64,000 nucleotides of DNA from Raillietiella orientalis (lineage: Eukaryota): assembly GCA_036172245.1 (NCBI GenBank), contig JAYWIR010000003.1:2356001-2420000 (forward strand). The letters are read 5' to 3'. The notes beneath the pieces were generated by a model. The model was not told the origin of the DNA. It saw only the letters and a program-made list of their open reading frames with translations, and did no database searches. Made by a program: the position numbers and the translations under genes. Shown here piece by piece: positions 50,801 to 63,170 of the stretch; position 1 is the stretch's first letter, and every line of letters begins with the position of its first letter.

Positions 50801-51549
50801 TGAGCTCGGAGTTCCATTGGATTCGTGCACATTTGTTTCCTTCCATGCAGCAATAAATATCACGGCAGGTCACTTTTATCGTGGTTCCATAAACGAGAAC
50901 ACTTTTGGAAGCTGAGTCTGTGACAAAGTTTCGTTCAGAGGGCCATTTGAGAAAGTGGCCTGCCTATCTTTTTCAAGCATATGTAGGTCAATCAACAGTC
51001 AGTTTTCAAAACATGGAATTGTGTTTATTGCTTCTCAATCTTTGAATGCCATAAACGTCTCCTCAAGAAAGAGCGAATCCTAGCAGCATCACTCGAAGGA
51101 ACGGTTCCTTTTTTTTATATTTGCTTGGGTAATAAAAGTAACAGCTGAATGTAAACAACGGCGGAGTGACAGTTTCAATAAAAGATGAAAGCAGCACGAA
51201 AGTCGGCTCTCGGAAGGGAATAGAGAAGACGGCGGTTCAGCTGTCCTTTTCGTTGACCTAAAAGCTCACACGGATGAAGGAAATTTAGATGGAAATCTCA
51301 GCTCGTCCTGTCAGATCCTCAGCCGCTTACGGGTTTCCTCAGATGTGATCCTCCAAGACGCTTGGAAAATGGATTTTGGAGGACGGGGGTTTCTGGATGA
51401 GGGATTCGAATTCATCCAGAGCGGAGAAGTTCCAGCTCGCCGCTCAGGAAGACCGCGACCTTGTCAGGTAAACACGTTTTGAAGCATTGGCTACCCTGAT
51501 AAGAAAAGGTGTGGCGATTCTCTGAGGCTCCGTCCGTGCGCGCGTCCAG

Positions 51550-51960
51550 CATGATGCGTCTTTGCCATCTTGCGTTTCCTCCGCAGCGCCACACAGTTCT
51601 TCGTCATTTCCTGAACACCCACGTCTGATTCTTGGGAGTGTTTCCTCCTCCACCGCCGTAGGAACGAAATCTCCGTGCACTGATGGATGAAGAAACTCAA
51701 CTCCGTGCACGATGAATGCACACGGTTCCCCGGATGTTCCCCGGAACTTCAACGTGTACGTGCATCTGCTAACTACCTCTGTAACAAAATCGATCGGTTG
51801 AAATCAAAGCGTCTTCCGATTGCACCAGCGGAATTCGAAAGAGATCCGAAATTCTTCCGCGGGAGTCAAGGTGACCGCATCTCACGCAATTCGCGATCAC
51901 GGGCGACGGGGAGGTTGCTTCCGGCAAGAAACCGTCGCTGAACACACTGTACGTACGAAA
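51550..51960 (+). mobile_element. Tc1 (DD34E) transposase C-terminal relic
   Basis: ORF 51687..51941 FPGCSPELQRVR resembles WPA.SPDLNPIE. It ends *THCTY, resembling GHTKY. Confidence 0.6.
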
Positions 51961-52579
51961 GAGTTGGGAAATGAGTGCATCTCAAGATTTTTTGTTTTTG
52001 TTGCTGTTTGCTGCAAGCAAGCAACGTGAATGATTTGCCGTCTTAAGTTCAGAGACGATGAAGGAACTTATTTTCCCCACGATTTCCTGGACTATTTGGA
52101 TTCCGTTTTGGTTGAGCTCGATTAGAAAATTGCACGATCCGGCAATGAATTGAGCACTTGCTGTCATGGCAATAAATCGATTATAAAGCCGAAAAAACAA
52201 AGAAAAAATTGCAAAAGGATACTTTGCACCTTATGTGAGCTTCTGATACATGGAGCCAGGAATGCAAGGAAATGGTGGTGATGCCTGAGACTTCACGTCT
52301 TTGAGGTTTGCAATTTGAAACCAGCAATGGATGACAGCCATATTTTCCTGGCAGTGATCTTTGTTTGGGTATTCGCATTTTCTCTGCATCCTACGCGGCG
52401 CAGAAGATTACACGAACCAACAGTCTGAGAAACGGAGCTGCTGAACTCTCCATCCTGATGGCTGAAATGCATCTATGAAACGGAGGAAATGGAAAACAAA
52501 GGTGCCAATACGTGACCCCCGGAATGGCCATCACGCATTGGCGTTGATTTCCTGCAGCTTATGTGCTGTGGAATCGCAG

Positions 52580-52770
52580 CTTTTAGAGAAGACTGTGGTT
52601 CAAGTGGCAGTTTCCCTTCGATGTCTTCTCTGTGCAAGTCATCCTGCTTCCGTTAGTGCAGCGGAGATCAAAAATCCGACCAGAGGCATCGGCCCCCTTT
52701 CCATGGATTTACACAGGCAGTCTAATCCAAAGCTGAGCGTTGTTTTAACGCTTGGGACGAATTTGAAGAT
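52580..52770 (+). mobile_element. Possible hAT dimerization-domain relic
   Basis: LRCLLCASHPASVSAAE...KLSVVLTL resembles L...L..PAS...AER.FS......RL..L..L. Confidence 0.4.
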
Positions 52771-54149
52771 TTCAGCATCCTTCCATTCCTCACAATGTGT
52801 CTCCTTTTTTTTTTTTTTTTTTTCATTTAAACTCAGCTTACAAAACGTATGGACGCTGCAGTGAATATTATAGAGAATACTTCAAACACACATCTTCTAA
52901 CACGTGACTGTGAAAATCTCATGATGATGATAATAATGTGAGCATTACACGATATAGCTAGAAATGATTGCGAAAAGATGACAAGTAAGAACGGGGTGAA
53001 CGTTGCATCCGGTGAGCAGCCGTGTGTGAACACCGGTGTCGCACGACACGAACCAATCTGCTGAGCGATGTTCTGCATTTCCGTGTCGGATGTGTTCGCA
53101 GAGGAGGACGGGAATTGAAAATCTGTTCGCGAAATTTACAAAGTAATCAAAAGCTCCATTAACTCTTCGAAAAGTTGATGCTGGGAGATGGATGATGGCT
53201 GGGTTTCCGGATCGAAGCTCAATGGAACTTACATATTTTACTTGTTTTCATTAAGGCATTCCGGCTACTTCCCGTCACATTATCTAGATATCTATGAAAT
53301 GCTACACAAAATCAGGAATAGGTTCTTCTAACGGAGCAAGCGGATTTCAAATTAAGAGCACTGTTTCGTTAGAACAAGAAAATTGATTCCCGCCTCTCAC
53401 GTAATGAGAGCGCAGTTTCCTGGAGGATGCTTTACTGCACATCAACAAAATTAGAATAAAATAGCGTTCAGGAGACCACATTAAAGGAGAGGTCCAATCT
53501 TGGAACAAGCAAAAAGCGCATCTTAGACCTGTTATTATCCGAGAAGGAGGGGAAAAAGTTTTCCTGTGCTCTGGAGCACAGTGGCTAGTTTCCTTTTTTT
53601 CCCTCCACGGCTTTCCAGTTTTCAGTGGGCGTGGTACGCCCCATCTTTCTCGGAAGAAAAGGACGAAATCCGAAAGGAGGTAGTGACGTGATGCTTTGAT
53701 TATTCACTTCCGCCCAAGATCCGTTTCTGTAGGCATGTCTGAAACGGAGCTTCGTGTAACGATCGTAGAGAATCGACACGGACGTCCTGACGAGTGCCAC
53801 ACACACACACGTGGCACCGTGTGAGCAAAATTCTCATCTGCAACCAATGCTCATGCACTCTATCCTTACGTGACATCGCGTTGCAGAATTCAAAGAAAGG
53901 CGCTTCGCTAGGAAACCGTGGTTCGATTGTGTGTGTGTGCCTTGGAGACGAGCTGCTGTTAACTTTCGTGTAAACTCTCAGCCACGGTCATTCTCCTGGG
54001 ATTAGGAAATTGATTCAGGATAGCAATCATTGATTCTGATGGAAGGCAAAACGAAGTTTTTCGCCCGGTCACGCCAGGACGTTTATTTCATGAAAATAAA
54101 CCATCTGGGAACAAACATGTAAAATACCGGGAAAAGTCAGAAGCGAAAG

Positions 54150-54590
54150 GGGGTAGGTAATAGAAAAAGAAAAAAAGAATAAATAAAGGGAGACTGGGGA
54201 CAGGGATCACGGGCGCCGGCACTTCAGAACTGGTTCTGGATGCCGGCGATCTCCGCCTTTGTCCTTCTTCGAGGTGAAGCCTCCTTGCCGCCGCCCCCAT
54301 CTAGGCAGCTGCCATAGCGGTGACCTCCCTTCGCCGCGTGGCCGTCCCGAACACATGACAGGCCTTGACGATCGCGCTGTTGTCCCGGCGCTCGTCGAAA
54401 GTCCTTCCGGCACGAAGAACCGTCGCAGCGGGTCGCGGGCGGCGTCTTCCCGGTGCAGGAGCCTCTGCCACAGTTCTTGGATGGCACCCCACTCCAAAAG
54501 CAGTTGCAACGGGTTCACAGCTGCACGGCGTGCGACCCGAGCGCAAACACGGTGCTGGCACTCATGGCACTGGAATCCCTAGGGCAGAAA
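54150..54590 (-). mobile_element. L1/Tx1-type LINE 3' end related to 27250-27960
   Basis: VCARVARRAAVNPLQLLLEWGAIQELWQR is a degenerate zf-RVT. RDPLRRFFVPEGL aligns with RDALKPLFVRDVL of the 27.7-kb copy. Both end in TGATCCC followed by a T-rich tract. Confidence 0.65.
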
Positions 54591-55399
54591 GAGTAGCACC
54601 GCTTGCTTCCAGGACAGTGGGATCACAGATGTGTCCAGGCATTGGGAAGAAAAATTAAAGTTGACCACGTGATGCGAAGTGCAGCGCCGGAAGCGGTCTT
54701 TCAGTATTCGCTTCGATTCCTACTTGGGGGACTGCTTTCGCGAAGACCTGCTTCCGCAGATCAAATCTCATGGTTTCTCTTGCCTCCAGAACCCAGCAGC
54801 TTATTTAACGCTGAAAGGTTTTCGTCCTGAGGAAGCTGCAAAGTGAGCGGGATGGTGAATGGTGGCCGCTTCCAGAGACGGTCAGCTGCGCGTCCCGCTT
54901 GAAAATTTTTCAGTCGGAGCACCAGGACTTAATCCCGAGGAATCACAAGCTGGTGCGATTTGATTCCCATGAGCATGTGGGGCAGGGAACCTGCATGCGT
55001 GCAGCAGCAACCACTTGCCGGACAAAGACATGCTGAAATCCCTTTCGAATTTCCTCCACCACCGTGGCAGATGGTGGAGGAAATTCGTTTATCCGCCATC
55101 TGCCATTTCGTTTCTCTTGTCGAGAATTCAATGGAAATCACTTTTGAGTATCCAAAGGAAATCTTTCTGGATGTTTTGCGTCCAGGCTGACCACGAAGAT
55201 TACATGCAAGCGATCACTCGATGCGTCCAGTAAATAGAGAAAATGAGGAAAAGGAAACTGAACGGCTAGAGGACTGTGCCTTAAAGAAGACTCTGGTTCG
55301 GTGAACAACAGAAATATTATCCTGGTTTAACATTAAGGAAACGCTAGTTTAGTATTTCTGGGTAGGCAGCTGGGGTGAATGATGGAAAGGTGTTGAAAT

Positions 55400-55990
55400 T
55401 GAGATGTCAGCCTATTTTAGAATGCTTCCAGACACGAATGCCCTGAGGTTCGCATGTGAGAGTATCGATCGCATTCTTTACGAGACCACTGCGTGCAGAG
55501 TGACCCTGGATAGTTTTTGCGAGGACTTGAACCGAAAATGTCAGCAGCTTGAGGAGATCAATAGAGCGAGGATGGAATACAGAGTTGTGGATTCCAAAAA
55601 CGAATAGAACTTGATCCAAGACAAGGAAGCGATAGAATTTTGATTCTTCCAGCTGAGGTGGCAGCATTCCGAAATTAGTCTTCAAAGGCAGCAAATTAAA
55701 GATGATATCTGCTGCAAAGAGATGCAACGTTTCCCTAGCTTGCAAGAGATTTGTGATCCGATACAGCGCTGTGTATTCCAAAAGCAGATAGAGAGGATGC
55801 ACGACAAATTTTATTTTGAATCTCATTTTTGCGCATCCTCTGCAAATGTCTCGCCTACTCTCGATGTTGTCACCAGGAGATTCCATCATCAATCTTACGC
55901 CGCTCATCCTCTTCATCTTTCCTGCCTGCGTACGAGGAATCGTAAGCTCTCTGAGCATCTCATCTTTACAGCTCCAGGAATCCTAACAGC
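55400..55990 (+). mobile_element. piggyBac transposase relic
   Basis: DRILYETT (I..ETN), QIKDDICC...FPSL...CVFQKQIERMH (DYWS...P....RF..I...LH) and NVSPTLDVVTRRFHHQSY (K.RP..D.....F...Y). Confidence 0.7.
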
Positions 55991-56049
55991 AGCACTTTTT
56001 ACCTAATCTCTTACCTCGAGCCGGTACTTGGCGAACTGGGAGCTTTCCG

Positions 56050-56570
56050 TATTCGGTCTCTTCCCTTTACCGAGCTTCCTGGAAGCGACTGACGCGTTCT
56101 CAGGCAACGTTGAAGGCGATTGCTGGACGCGCGTTTCGGCCACCAGCTAGAGTGGGACTTTTGGGTCACCCCCCCAGGATTGCTCGGTGCGGAATCACCG
56201 GCTTCCATTTTTCCCGCACCACTTCCTGAAGGAGTTGAACAAATGGCTGGCACCCGATGGTGACAGACTCGGGATCTCTTCGCGCAGGGATTGAGGACGC
56301 ACCTCAGCGACTCTTCCTCGCTCCCTTAGGCATTCGATACACACTGCTTCCTGTGGACTCCGCTTGCACGGGCAGTAGATTGAATCTGCCTGCAGTGTGA
56401 CATGATGGAGGAGCGCATGATTGGAGTGTGACATGATTTTCCATGTGCGAGAAGTGGCTGCACGCAGAGCAGCCACTTCGACGCAGGACACGGCCCTTCT
56501 CTCTAACTCGAGCTGACCCAAACTTCTCGATAAAGGAGTGCTACTCTTTCCCTCACTGGGGAGTGCTCGC
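56050..56570 (-). mobile_element. Gypsy RNase H - integrase Zn-finger relic
   Basis: GQLELERRAV...WKIMSHSNHALL (SQ.EKE.LA...F.I.TDH.PL), ADSI (ADAL) and NPGG...SWWP (HPG...WWP). Confidence 0.6.
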
Positions 56571-56739
56571 ACCCCAGAGGTAGGTTTGTGCCTCCCATGT
56601 TCATCCCTTCCATTGTATTCTATTTTGGGCTTCGAGTTGCGAGATTTTGGGCTTTCGCTATTTTGGGCCGGATGCTTCGAGACCTACTCTCTGTGTGCCG
56701 AGTAGGTCATTACTCGGGTTTGGTCATCCTCTCTGATGC

Positions 56740-57520
56740 GAAACCCGGACACGACTGCCTGTGGGGAGGCAACGTGAAGCAGCCACTTCATCCTGGATCC
56801 TTTGGCTTCTTTGCATCATGGGCATGGAAATGTCGGGAACGACGTGGGAAGTTTTCATCCGCGTAGTCATGCACGTAGGGGCTCCAGCAAGCTGTCGGAG
56901 ATACCAAGTGAAGCAAACTTTTAATATTTCATGATCTCGTGGCCGTGTGCAAGCTCGCACTTTGGAAAATCTTCCCCGACGTGGGCTTCCAAAATCCATC
57001 AGTGTCTTCGCTAATGCACACCACTCGACGATTTCTCATTGAGGAGCAAACTCTCCTTCGCAGGCACCTTCACGTGCATATGAAGAAAGAGTTTTTCGTT
57101 TCGATTCAAATTTCCCATACGCAAGGATTCGCGCTCGCCAATGAATGTGAGCCGATGGCTCGTGGTACGTCGTAATGATCAGTAATTGAAAATTATCCGC
57201 ATCCTTGGGAAACACATCCAAGGTGGAACTGAGAAACAGACACCCCCTACCCATCGTTGTTTCTTCTTTTCTTCTCTTCTCCCTAAGCTCGGAGAAGGGC
57301 ACAGCATTCCACCTTTATTATGGGGTTCCCGCTCAAGTTCACGACATCGAAATCCTTCCCGACGTGGAGCTCGCGGAATTCAACGGTGCCTGTGCTGGTG
57401 CGTTGACGCCACCGAACGGTTCCTCGTTTCGCAAGCATCCAATCGCACATCGTCAGGGATGCACCCCTGAGAATCCACAGACGAAGGGTATCCGCGCTGC
57501 CACGGGATTTCCAGGCGATG
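56740..57520 (+). mobile_element. Gypsy integrase relic
   Basis: CLWGGNV (LWG.RV), LHHGHGNVG (LH.GH.G), YGVP and IAHRQGCTPENPQTKG (I.H...TPY.PQ.NG). Confidence 0.65.
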
Positions 57521-57649
57521 GGAAAAGCAAGAGCCCCGAAGTCGCTTCCATCGAAACTGACCATTTTCTGCACGCCTTTTTTTTCTTTTTTTTTTGGCGG
57601 GAGTTTCTCAGCTTGCGACGTTCATGAAATATTTTGTGAGCACACGCAG

Positions 57650-58200
57650 AAGATGTGGACGTCTAAATAATGGAGCAGCCAGATATGGAGAACTGGAAAA
57701 ATGCACAGTGGCAATCCTGACGCATCAGCCTCTCGTTTCTGCATCCTTTCACGACGAGATGGTCGGGAACGAAGAAGCGACTCGGATGGGCTTCAACAGC
57801 TACGAGGATGCGAACCGTTCCGTCCGTCGAAGCTGTGACACGGAGGCATAATGCTCGCGGCATCTTGCGGTTTCAGCCCGCATTTCGAGGCTCTGGAATT
57901 CAGAGATGGTCATTTCATGTGGTGCCCGAAGGCGAAAAACCTCTCGTGAAAACTCCGATGCTCCCTTCTGGAGGGGAAGTGCGTTTCGCGTAGGACGCCA
58001 GCGCATCGCCCGCCGCAAGAGATGCGTGTGCTTCGGACGCGTCCTCCGAGGAGCCACGGCACGAACAGTGGGTGTATGAGACCCATCAGGAAATCGGAGC
58101 AGATTCGAAAGCGAATCTTCCCGTTCAGGAAGCAGACATTCGTGTGCAGCATGGCTGATTGGAATTGTTTAGGCAACTGCACCTTTGGATCCCGTCCCCT
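57650..58200 (+). mobile_element. Gypsy RNase H - integrase start relic
   Basis: GRLNNGAARYGELEKCTVAI-LTHQPLVS resembles R.L...E.RY...EKE.LAI...TDHQPLV. WNCLGNC resembles V..C..C. Confidence 0.6.
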
Positions 58201-58399
58201 GAAACCGGATCAAATCGCGTGCCTGCCTCCCATTCTCCCAAGGTAGGCTACCTCCCTCTTTACCTCGACGCCTTTGATTCACTAAAAGTTCAATTATTCA
58301 TCACAGAGATTGGTTTTCTCGCATTTTTCAAGGATTGCTGCGTTTTGTTGTCATTTAATAATTTAGACCTCGTGGGAAAACATCCGAGCTGTTCCTTGC

Positions 58400-58760
58400 T
58401 TTCAGGAATATCGTCATGATGGCGTGTGTGAAAATTAGGAGAGCCGGAAGTGGAGTAGAGCGGTCTTGAACGGCTTGGTTGACATATGCAACATTCATGC
58501 TGTGGCTAGCAAGTTCTTCCTCTCCAGGTGATTTTCTCATGCACGTCTTCTCAGCGGTGGTATCGATGCGTTCTCTGAACTTCTGCGATTCCCTCCTTGA
58601 GGGATGGAGAGGCACCGAAATGATGTGCGAATCTTTCTGGAAAATTCTTCACAGGGGCCTCGTCAAAGTAGCACGAACATTCGGGAAAGTTTCGCTTTCT
58701 CCAAGAGCTTATTAGCTTCTGTTACAGATCGTTACACCAGATTCCTGGAAAACAAGCTCC
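58400..58760 (-). mobile_element. Gypsy integrase core relic
   Basis: NFPECSCYFD (G.PE.I.SD) and PLHPS...ERIDTTAEK...PALLIF (PYHP.SNG..ER...T.K...PA.LLF). Confidence 0.55.
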
Positions 58761-60079
58761 AGTTTTGTCCTGAAAGGGACGCTAGCCTTCCTCAAAAGCA
58801 ACACGCAGAGCAAAATACGGATGGGAGTGCTCTCTCTCCTTGTCTGACGATTCTTCCAGGATCTCACTGGCCAAGAAGTCCTGGAATTGCTTCTTCTTGG
58901 AGGAAATCAGGAAGGTGGATCGGGCCGCACAGTCTTTAATGCATTGCGCCCTGGTCCAGGTCCCTCTGAGGGAAGCAGCGCGACTACTCCTCGCTGAACG
59001 GTGCGAAAGGTGAGCACTGCGTCAGCGATCTTCTGGCAGCACTGCTTACTCTCAGGATCTCAGACATCAACTGCCCTATCGTGTTTCCGTGTGGCGCGGG
59101 TGTACCTTGACCTTAGTTCTTTGCGAGCGCCGCTTTCGACCAGAGAAGGCGCACTGGAAGAACAGGAGAGCGTTTTGTGAATCGAAGCACTTCATTAAGA
59201 AGGAGGTGACGTAAAAGTGAATGTGTACCCAAGGAGGGGGCGAACCGTTCCGTATTCATCATGCCATTTGGAATCTCAGAGTCTCCTCCACCTGACTCGG
59301 TAAACTGTTAGGATCACGAGGTTCATTTTTCAAACATGCAAGCGGCGGTGGCTTCCGGTTTTCGTACTTCCCGAAGCGGCGGCGCTCTCCATCTCGAAGT
59401 GAACTGTTCATCCCCAAATCCTTTACGAATCTCAGTGAGATCCGTCTCCAAGGCATCTGCACCTAAGCGTTCCCTGAGGAAATGAGCCTGATTTGATGGT
59501 TCCAGTTTTGTTTGTCTCCAGAGTTTCGGATGCGAGTGCAATCAGTTAATTCATCATGCAACTTTAAGAGCATCTGCTGAAGAACTACGAAAAGGCGAGC
59601 GCTTTATTCATTGACTATCAGATACGGAAAAATGTTCAAAGCAAGAAGGAAAAAAAAAAAAAAACGAGAGAAAAATTCAGAGTGGAAAAGTTTCAAAAAG
59701 CCAGCTGAAAAATGGCGTTGTCAAGCAAAGAGCATTTTCCGATGGGATTTTCCGTTTATCCTGAAGAGGATGACTTCGTCATCCTCTGCCGTCATCCGAA
59801 TTTGAAGTCAGGAGCGCTTATGAAGGAAGAGTTCCTTCTGCTTTGAAGTTTTCGGTAAATTTGCTTTTGGATTGGATGAAATCCACTCTTCACCAAGGGA
59901 GATGGTGGTCGTTCCCATTGCGAAAGAGCAGCTCGAGAAACGACGGCGATTACATAATTAACGAACTTGGGAGATCCATTATAATGTCTGCGCGGTGTTT
60001 CCTGGGAGAGAGTCAGGAGTGTGCACAAATGCAAACCACGCTGAAGAGAAAAGTCAAAATAAAATGTTTTTCAAACAGA

Positions 60080-63000
60080 AATTCATCTTCGGAATTGCCA
60101 GCCATTCATCATCGATGATGCGAGCTCCTTTCTGATTGGGCGATGGGTATTGCAAGAGCGACCCTTTCCGACTGACGAAGCCGCTCTGCACTTTTATTCC
60201 TCTTCCTCGTTCCGAAATGATTTGCGAAACGATCTTCTCCGTCCTGCTCTGACCCGTGCGTTCCGCAGTCTCTCGTCTTGGCGGAGAAGATCCAAGGAAG
60301 CTGCTGCCGGAACGGCGCGAGCCAAGCTCGCAGCAAGCAATCGTGCAGCCTGGAAGATTCCTGCCTGCAGCTCAAGGAACCAGCTCAAGGAAACGAAACA
60401 CCGGAGGGGACCATCGGCTACGCTGCATTCGTCTGCCAGGCGCTGTCGTGAACGGGGATGAACGGGGAACGGGGCCAATTTCGCTTCGGGAGCCCGCCAT
60501 CTTGCACTGTTCGCACATGCATCTTTCCAGGAGCTCTGGCCAGTGATTTTGGCTCGCATGCTGCTTGGGGCTGCTCGTATTCCTTGGGTCCCTTTCCGGT
60601 TTCATTCAAAAGCCGATGAATCGAAGTTGAGGGGGAAAACCTGTTTCAGCAGAGGGTCTGACGTCACGCGTCACGGTGCTGTTCCATCATGTGTGGTCAT
60701 TCGGAACGAATTTGCTTAGAGTTCACATGTGGTGCTGCAAATGTCCGAAAACTTCCGATTTCCTTTTGCAATAGACGTAATAACTAACGTATCTTCTTAG
60801 TATTATACTGAGCCTGGCGAGGCTGCGTGCGGTGTTGCCTATCTTTCGTCGACACTTCCAGAGGAAACACTTTTGAAATAATGGGAGAGAGGAAAAAAAT
60901 AAAAAGCAACACAACATTGCGTACGCATGTATGCAGGAGCGTACGGCTGGGCACACGCATTAGATTGGATTGTGCATTGCATTTTAATTTTGTGTCATGC
61001 TCTCCATAGACGTTCCACGTGCATAATTTAGAGTGATCCGTAAAACCGGCAAAGCAGAAGCAGAGGATCACATCGAATTTGCCACAAGCAACGACTCAGC
61101 ATTCTTGAATAAAGTTGCTACTTTATTACTGTCAATAGTAACTTTGGCGTTTCGTTATTTATAAAGATGAAACACACGAATAAAAAAATTGTGCGTGCTG
61201 ACAGAACAGAGCCATCTAGTGACACTCTTCGAAACTCAAAAATTCATGAAATCGGTGTCCCAAAGCATTGGTGTCCCAAATGTCGTTCTTTCCGCCTGCA
61301 CTCACGCAAGCACGTGGCAAGAGTGGCAAAAGCTTCGAGGTGTTTTCCTCTTATCTGCATTCTTATTCTTAATTTCTCCATTTGGAACCATTCGTGGCCT
61401 CAAATCATGACCATTCCATATTCTTAATTTGGAAACCATGAGTTCCTTGCACTCGAAGTCTGCAATTTATTCCTGTTACTTTTTTAAAACCGCCCTGCGT
61501 TCCAGCTCGCAGTCCAATTTATCAGCCAGGGAACTCTCTGCATTCTCAGCGGATCCTGGCCGCTCCCAAAAAACGCGCTCCGCTCTGGAAAAGTCCGCCT
61601 GCACGCACCTTCCGCGGTGAGCGTTCGCGCAGGGCTCCGGGTGGTGGACCGTATTCCCGAAAAGCCGGATCCCTAAGGCGAATTTCTATTTTCGACGGAG
61701 AAAGGAAAGCCCACGGCGGATCCAGAATGGGGATTCAATTACTGCCTCGCAAGTGATCTGAATTGAATGCCACTTTATTCCGGGTGTAATTGGATGCTTT
61801 TCAGAGGCTAAAGAGAGCGCAATTTGACTTCTTACTTTTTTCGATTCTGCAGCGATGCTGCTTGCTTATCTTCCCGTTTCGCAGTTTGGAGGGAGAAAAA
61901 AGGAGCTCTCCATAAATGGATTCTTTGAGAAACGGTGAATAGGGGCAATTGTGAGGTCGGATGAGGTAACGGGAATTCTCGGGGACTTCTCGAAAGAGCA
62001 GCTTCTTCGGTGACGGGAAAGAAGAGAAGCTCTCCGGTCTCCCTGCTTCCCCTTGGCCCGGGCGAGCCACCCGCCGGTCGCCCACGGAGCTCTGCGGCTG
62101 CGCAGAACGCTGCCTCCGCTTCGCCGGTCACCCTGGACGACCCCGCGAGGTGCGCCGCGCCCCGCGGATGGAACCGCATCCGCCGGGGCTCGTCGCCCTT
62201 CCGCCTTGGACTCGTTCCGCGGAAGGAGAGCCACGAAGGCGCCTCCCTGCTGGCCCCTACCTTGGAAGGCCCGCGCGTCGCTTCGAAATTGAAGAGATTG
62301 CGGGCGGCCCGCTCCTGTGCCACATTTCAGCCGGCGGGGGGGAGGGGGAGGGAAATGAAATTTCCCCGAGAGAGCCGGAGCTCCCGGCCGTCTGCGAGAA
62401 GGGAGCAGATGGAGGGAGCACGCTGTCCGCCGGGAATCCCGCGCCGCATGAGGAGCGACCCGGGGAACCCTGTAACGTCATCGGATCGCCTGCTTGCCCT
62501 GCGGTGGCGAGTCCGCTCCTCCAGGCTGCTGGTTCCTCCCGGGGCCACCCGAATTCCCCCTCGAAGATTACCTCCTACGCTAACACCGACCGCCTCCACC
62601 GGATGCCCGCGATCTGCTTATGAGGCTTTTATTTCCATGGTGATTGGACTGGGAATGGGCGCCTGTTCATCCCATGATGGCTCCATTTGCGGCACCGTCG
62701 AGGAACGGCTCATCGTGCTCTTTAACGAATTTCCTAATTTATGGTCTGATCCGCGTATCCTGTTGTTTCAACAGGAGTAATCATAAAGCAGGGAGAGGCG
62801 TTCCTGTGGGATTTGTTCGAGAAAAATCCTGAAGTTCCGCTTCGGGATGGTATCTACTTTCCTCATGATGAAGTCCGAGCCAGAACCGGATGAAGAGCAA
62901 CTTTCCAGGCATAATTGCCTTTCGATCCCGATTGATTGCTCCTGGGACTCGAAACCTCCGGAGTATCTTTTGGAAAAACGGTATATGGACTCTTCGCGAT

Positions 63001-63170
63001 CCTCCAGGACTTCTTCCGCGTTGGTAATTCGGGCGGAGGATTCCTCGCTCTTTGTCTGGCTCCCTTCTTCTCAGTCCTCGCGAGATATCGCAAGGGTGAA
63101 GGAGGAGGCCGGGGCTTGCGCCGCACTTCCGAGCCCTCCGGAAGTTCTCCCAATGAATCACCGGGATCTC
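60080..63170 (-). mobile_element. Nearly reconstructable decayed Gypsy element: gag - protease - RT - integrase
   Basis: gag 63170-62600: GFESQEQSIGIER...DFI...NFRIFLEQIPQERL / IRKFVKEHD..LDGA. Protease about 62330: KCGTGA (DTGA), then ELRGR (LLGR). RT 61960-61190: PYSPFLKESIYGEL, AHRG (THRG), KHLEAF...LRE...QCF. Integrase 60600-60080: APEAKLAPFP...GPL...LLRQ...HRP. The domain order is Gypsy-type. RNase H is not recognisable. Confidence 0.75.

Noticed and set aside
55407..55958. 183-aa minus-strand ORF
   Set aside because: It is antisense to the piggyBac relic on the plus strand.
62010..62780. 256-aa plus-strand ORF and neighbouring ORFs up to 63867
   Set aside because: These are Arg/Pro/Ala/Gly-rich products of GC-rich, stop-poor DNA, antisense to or upstream of the Gypsy gag/protease fossil, with no recognisable domain.
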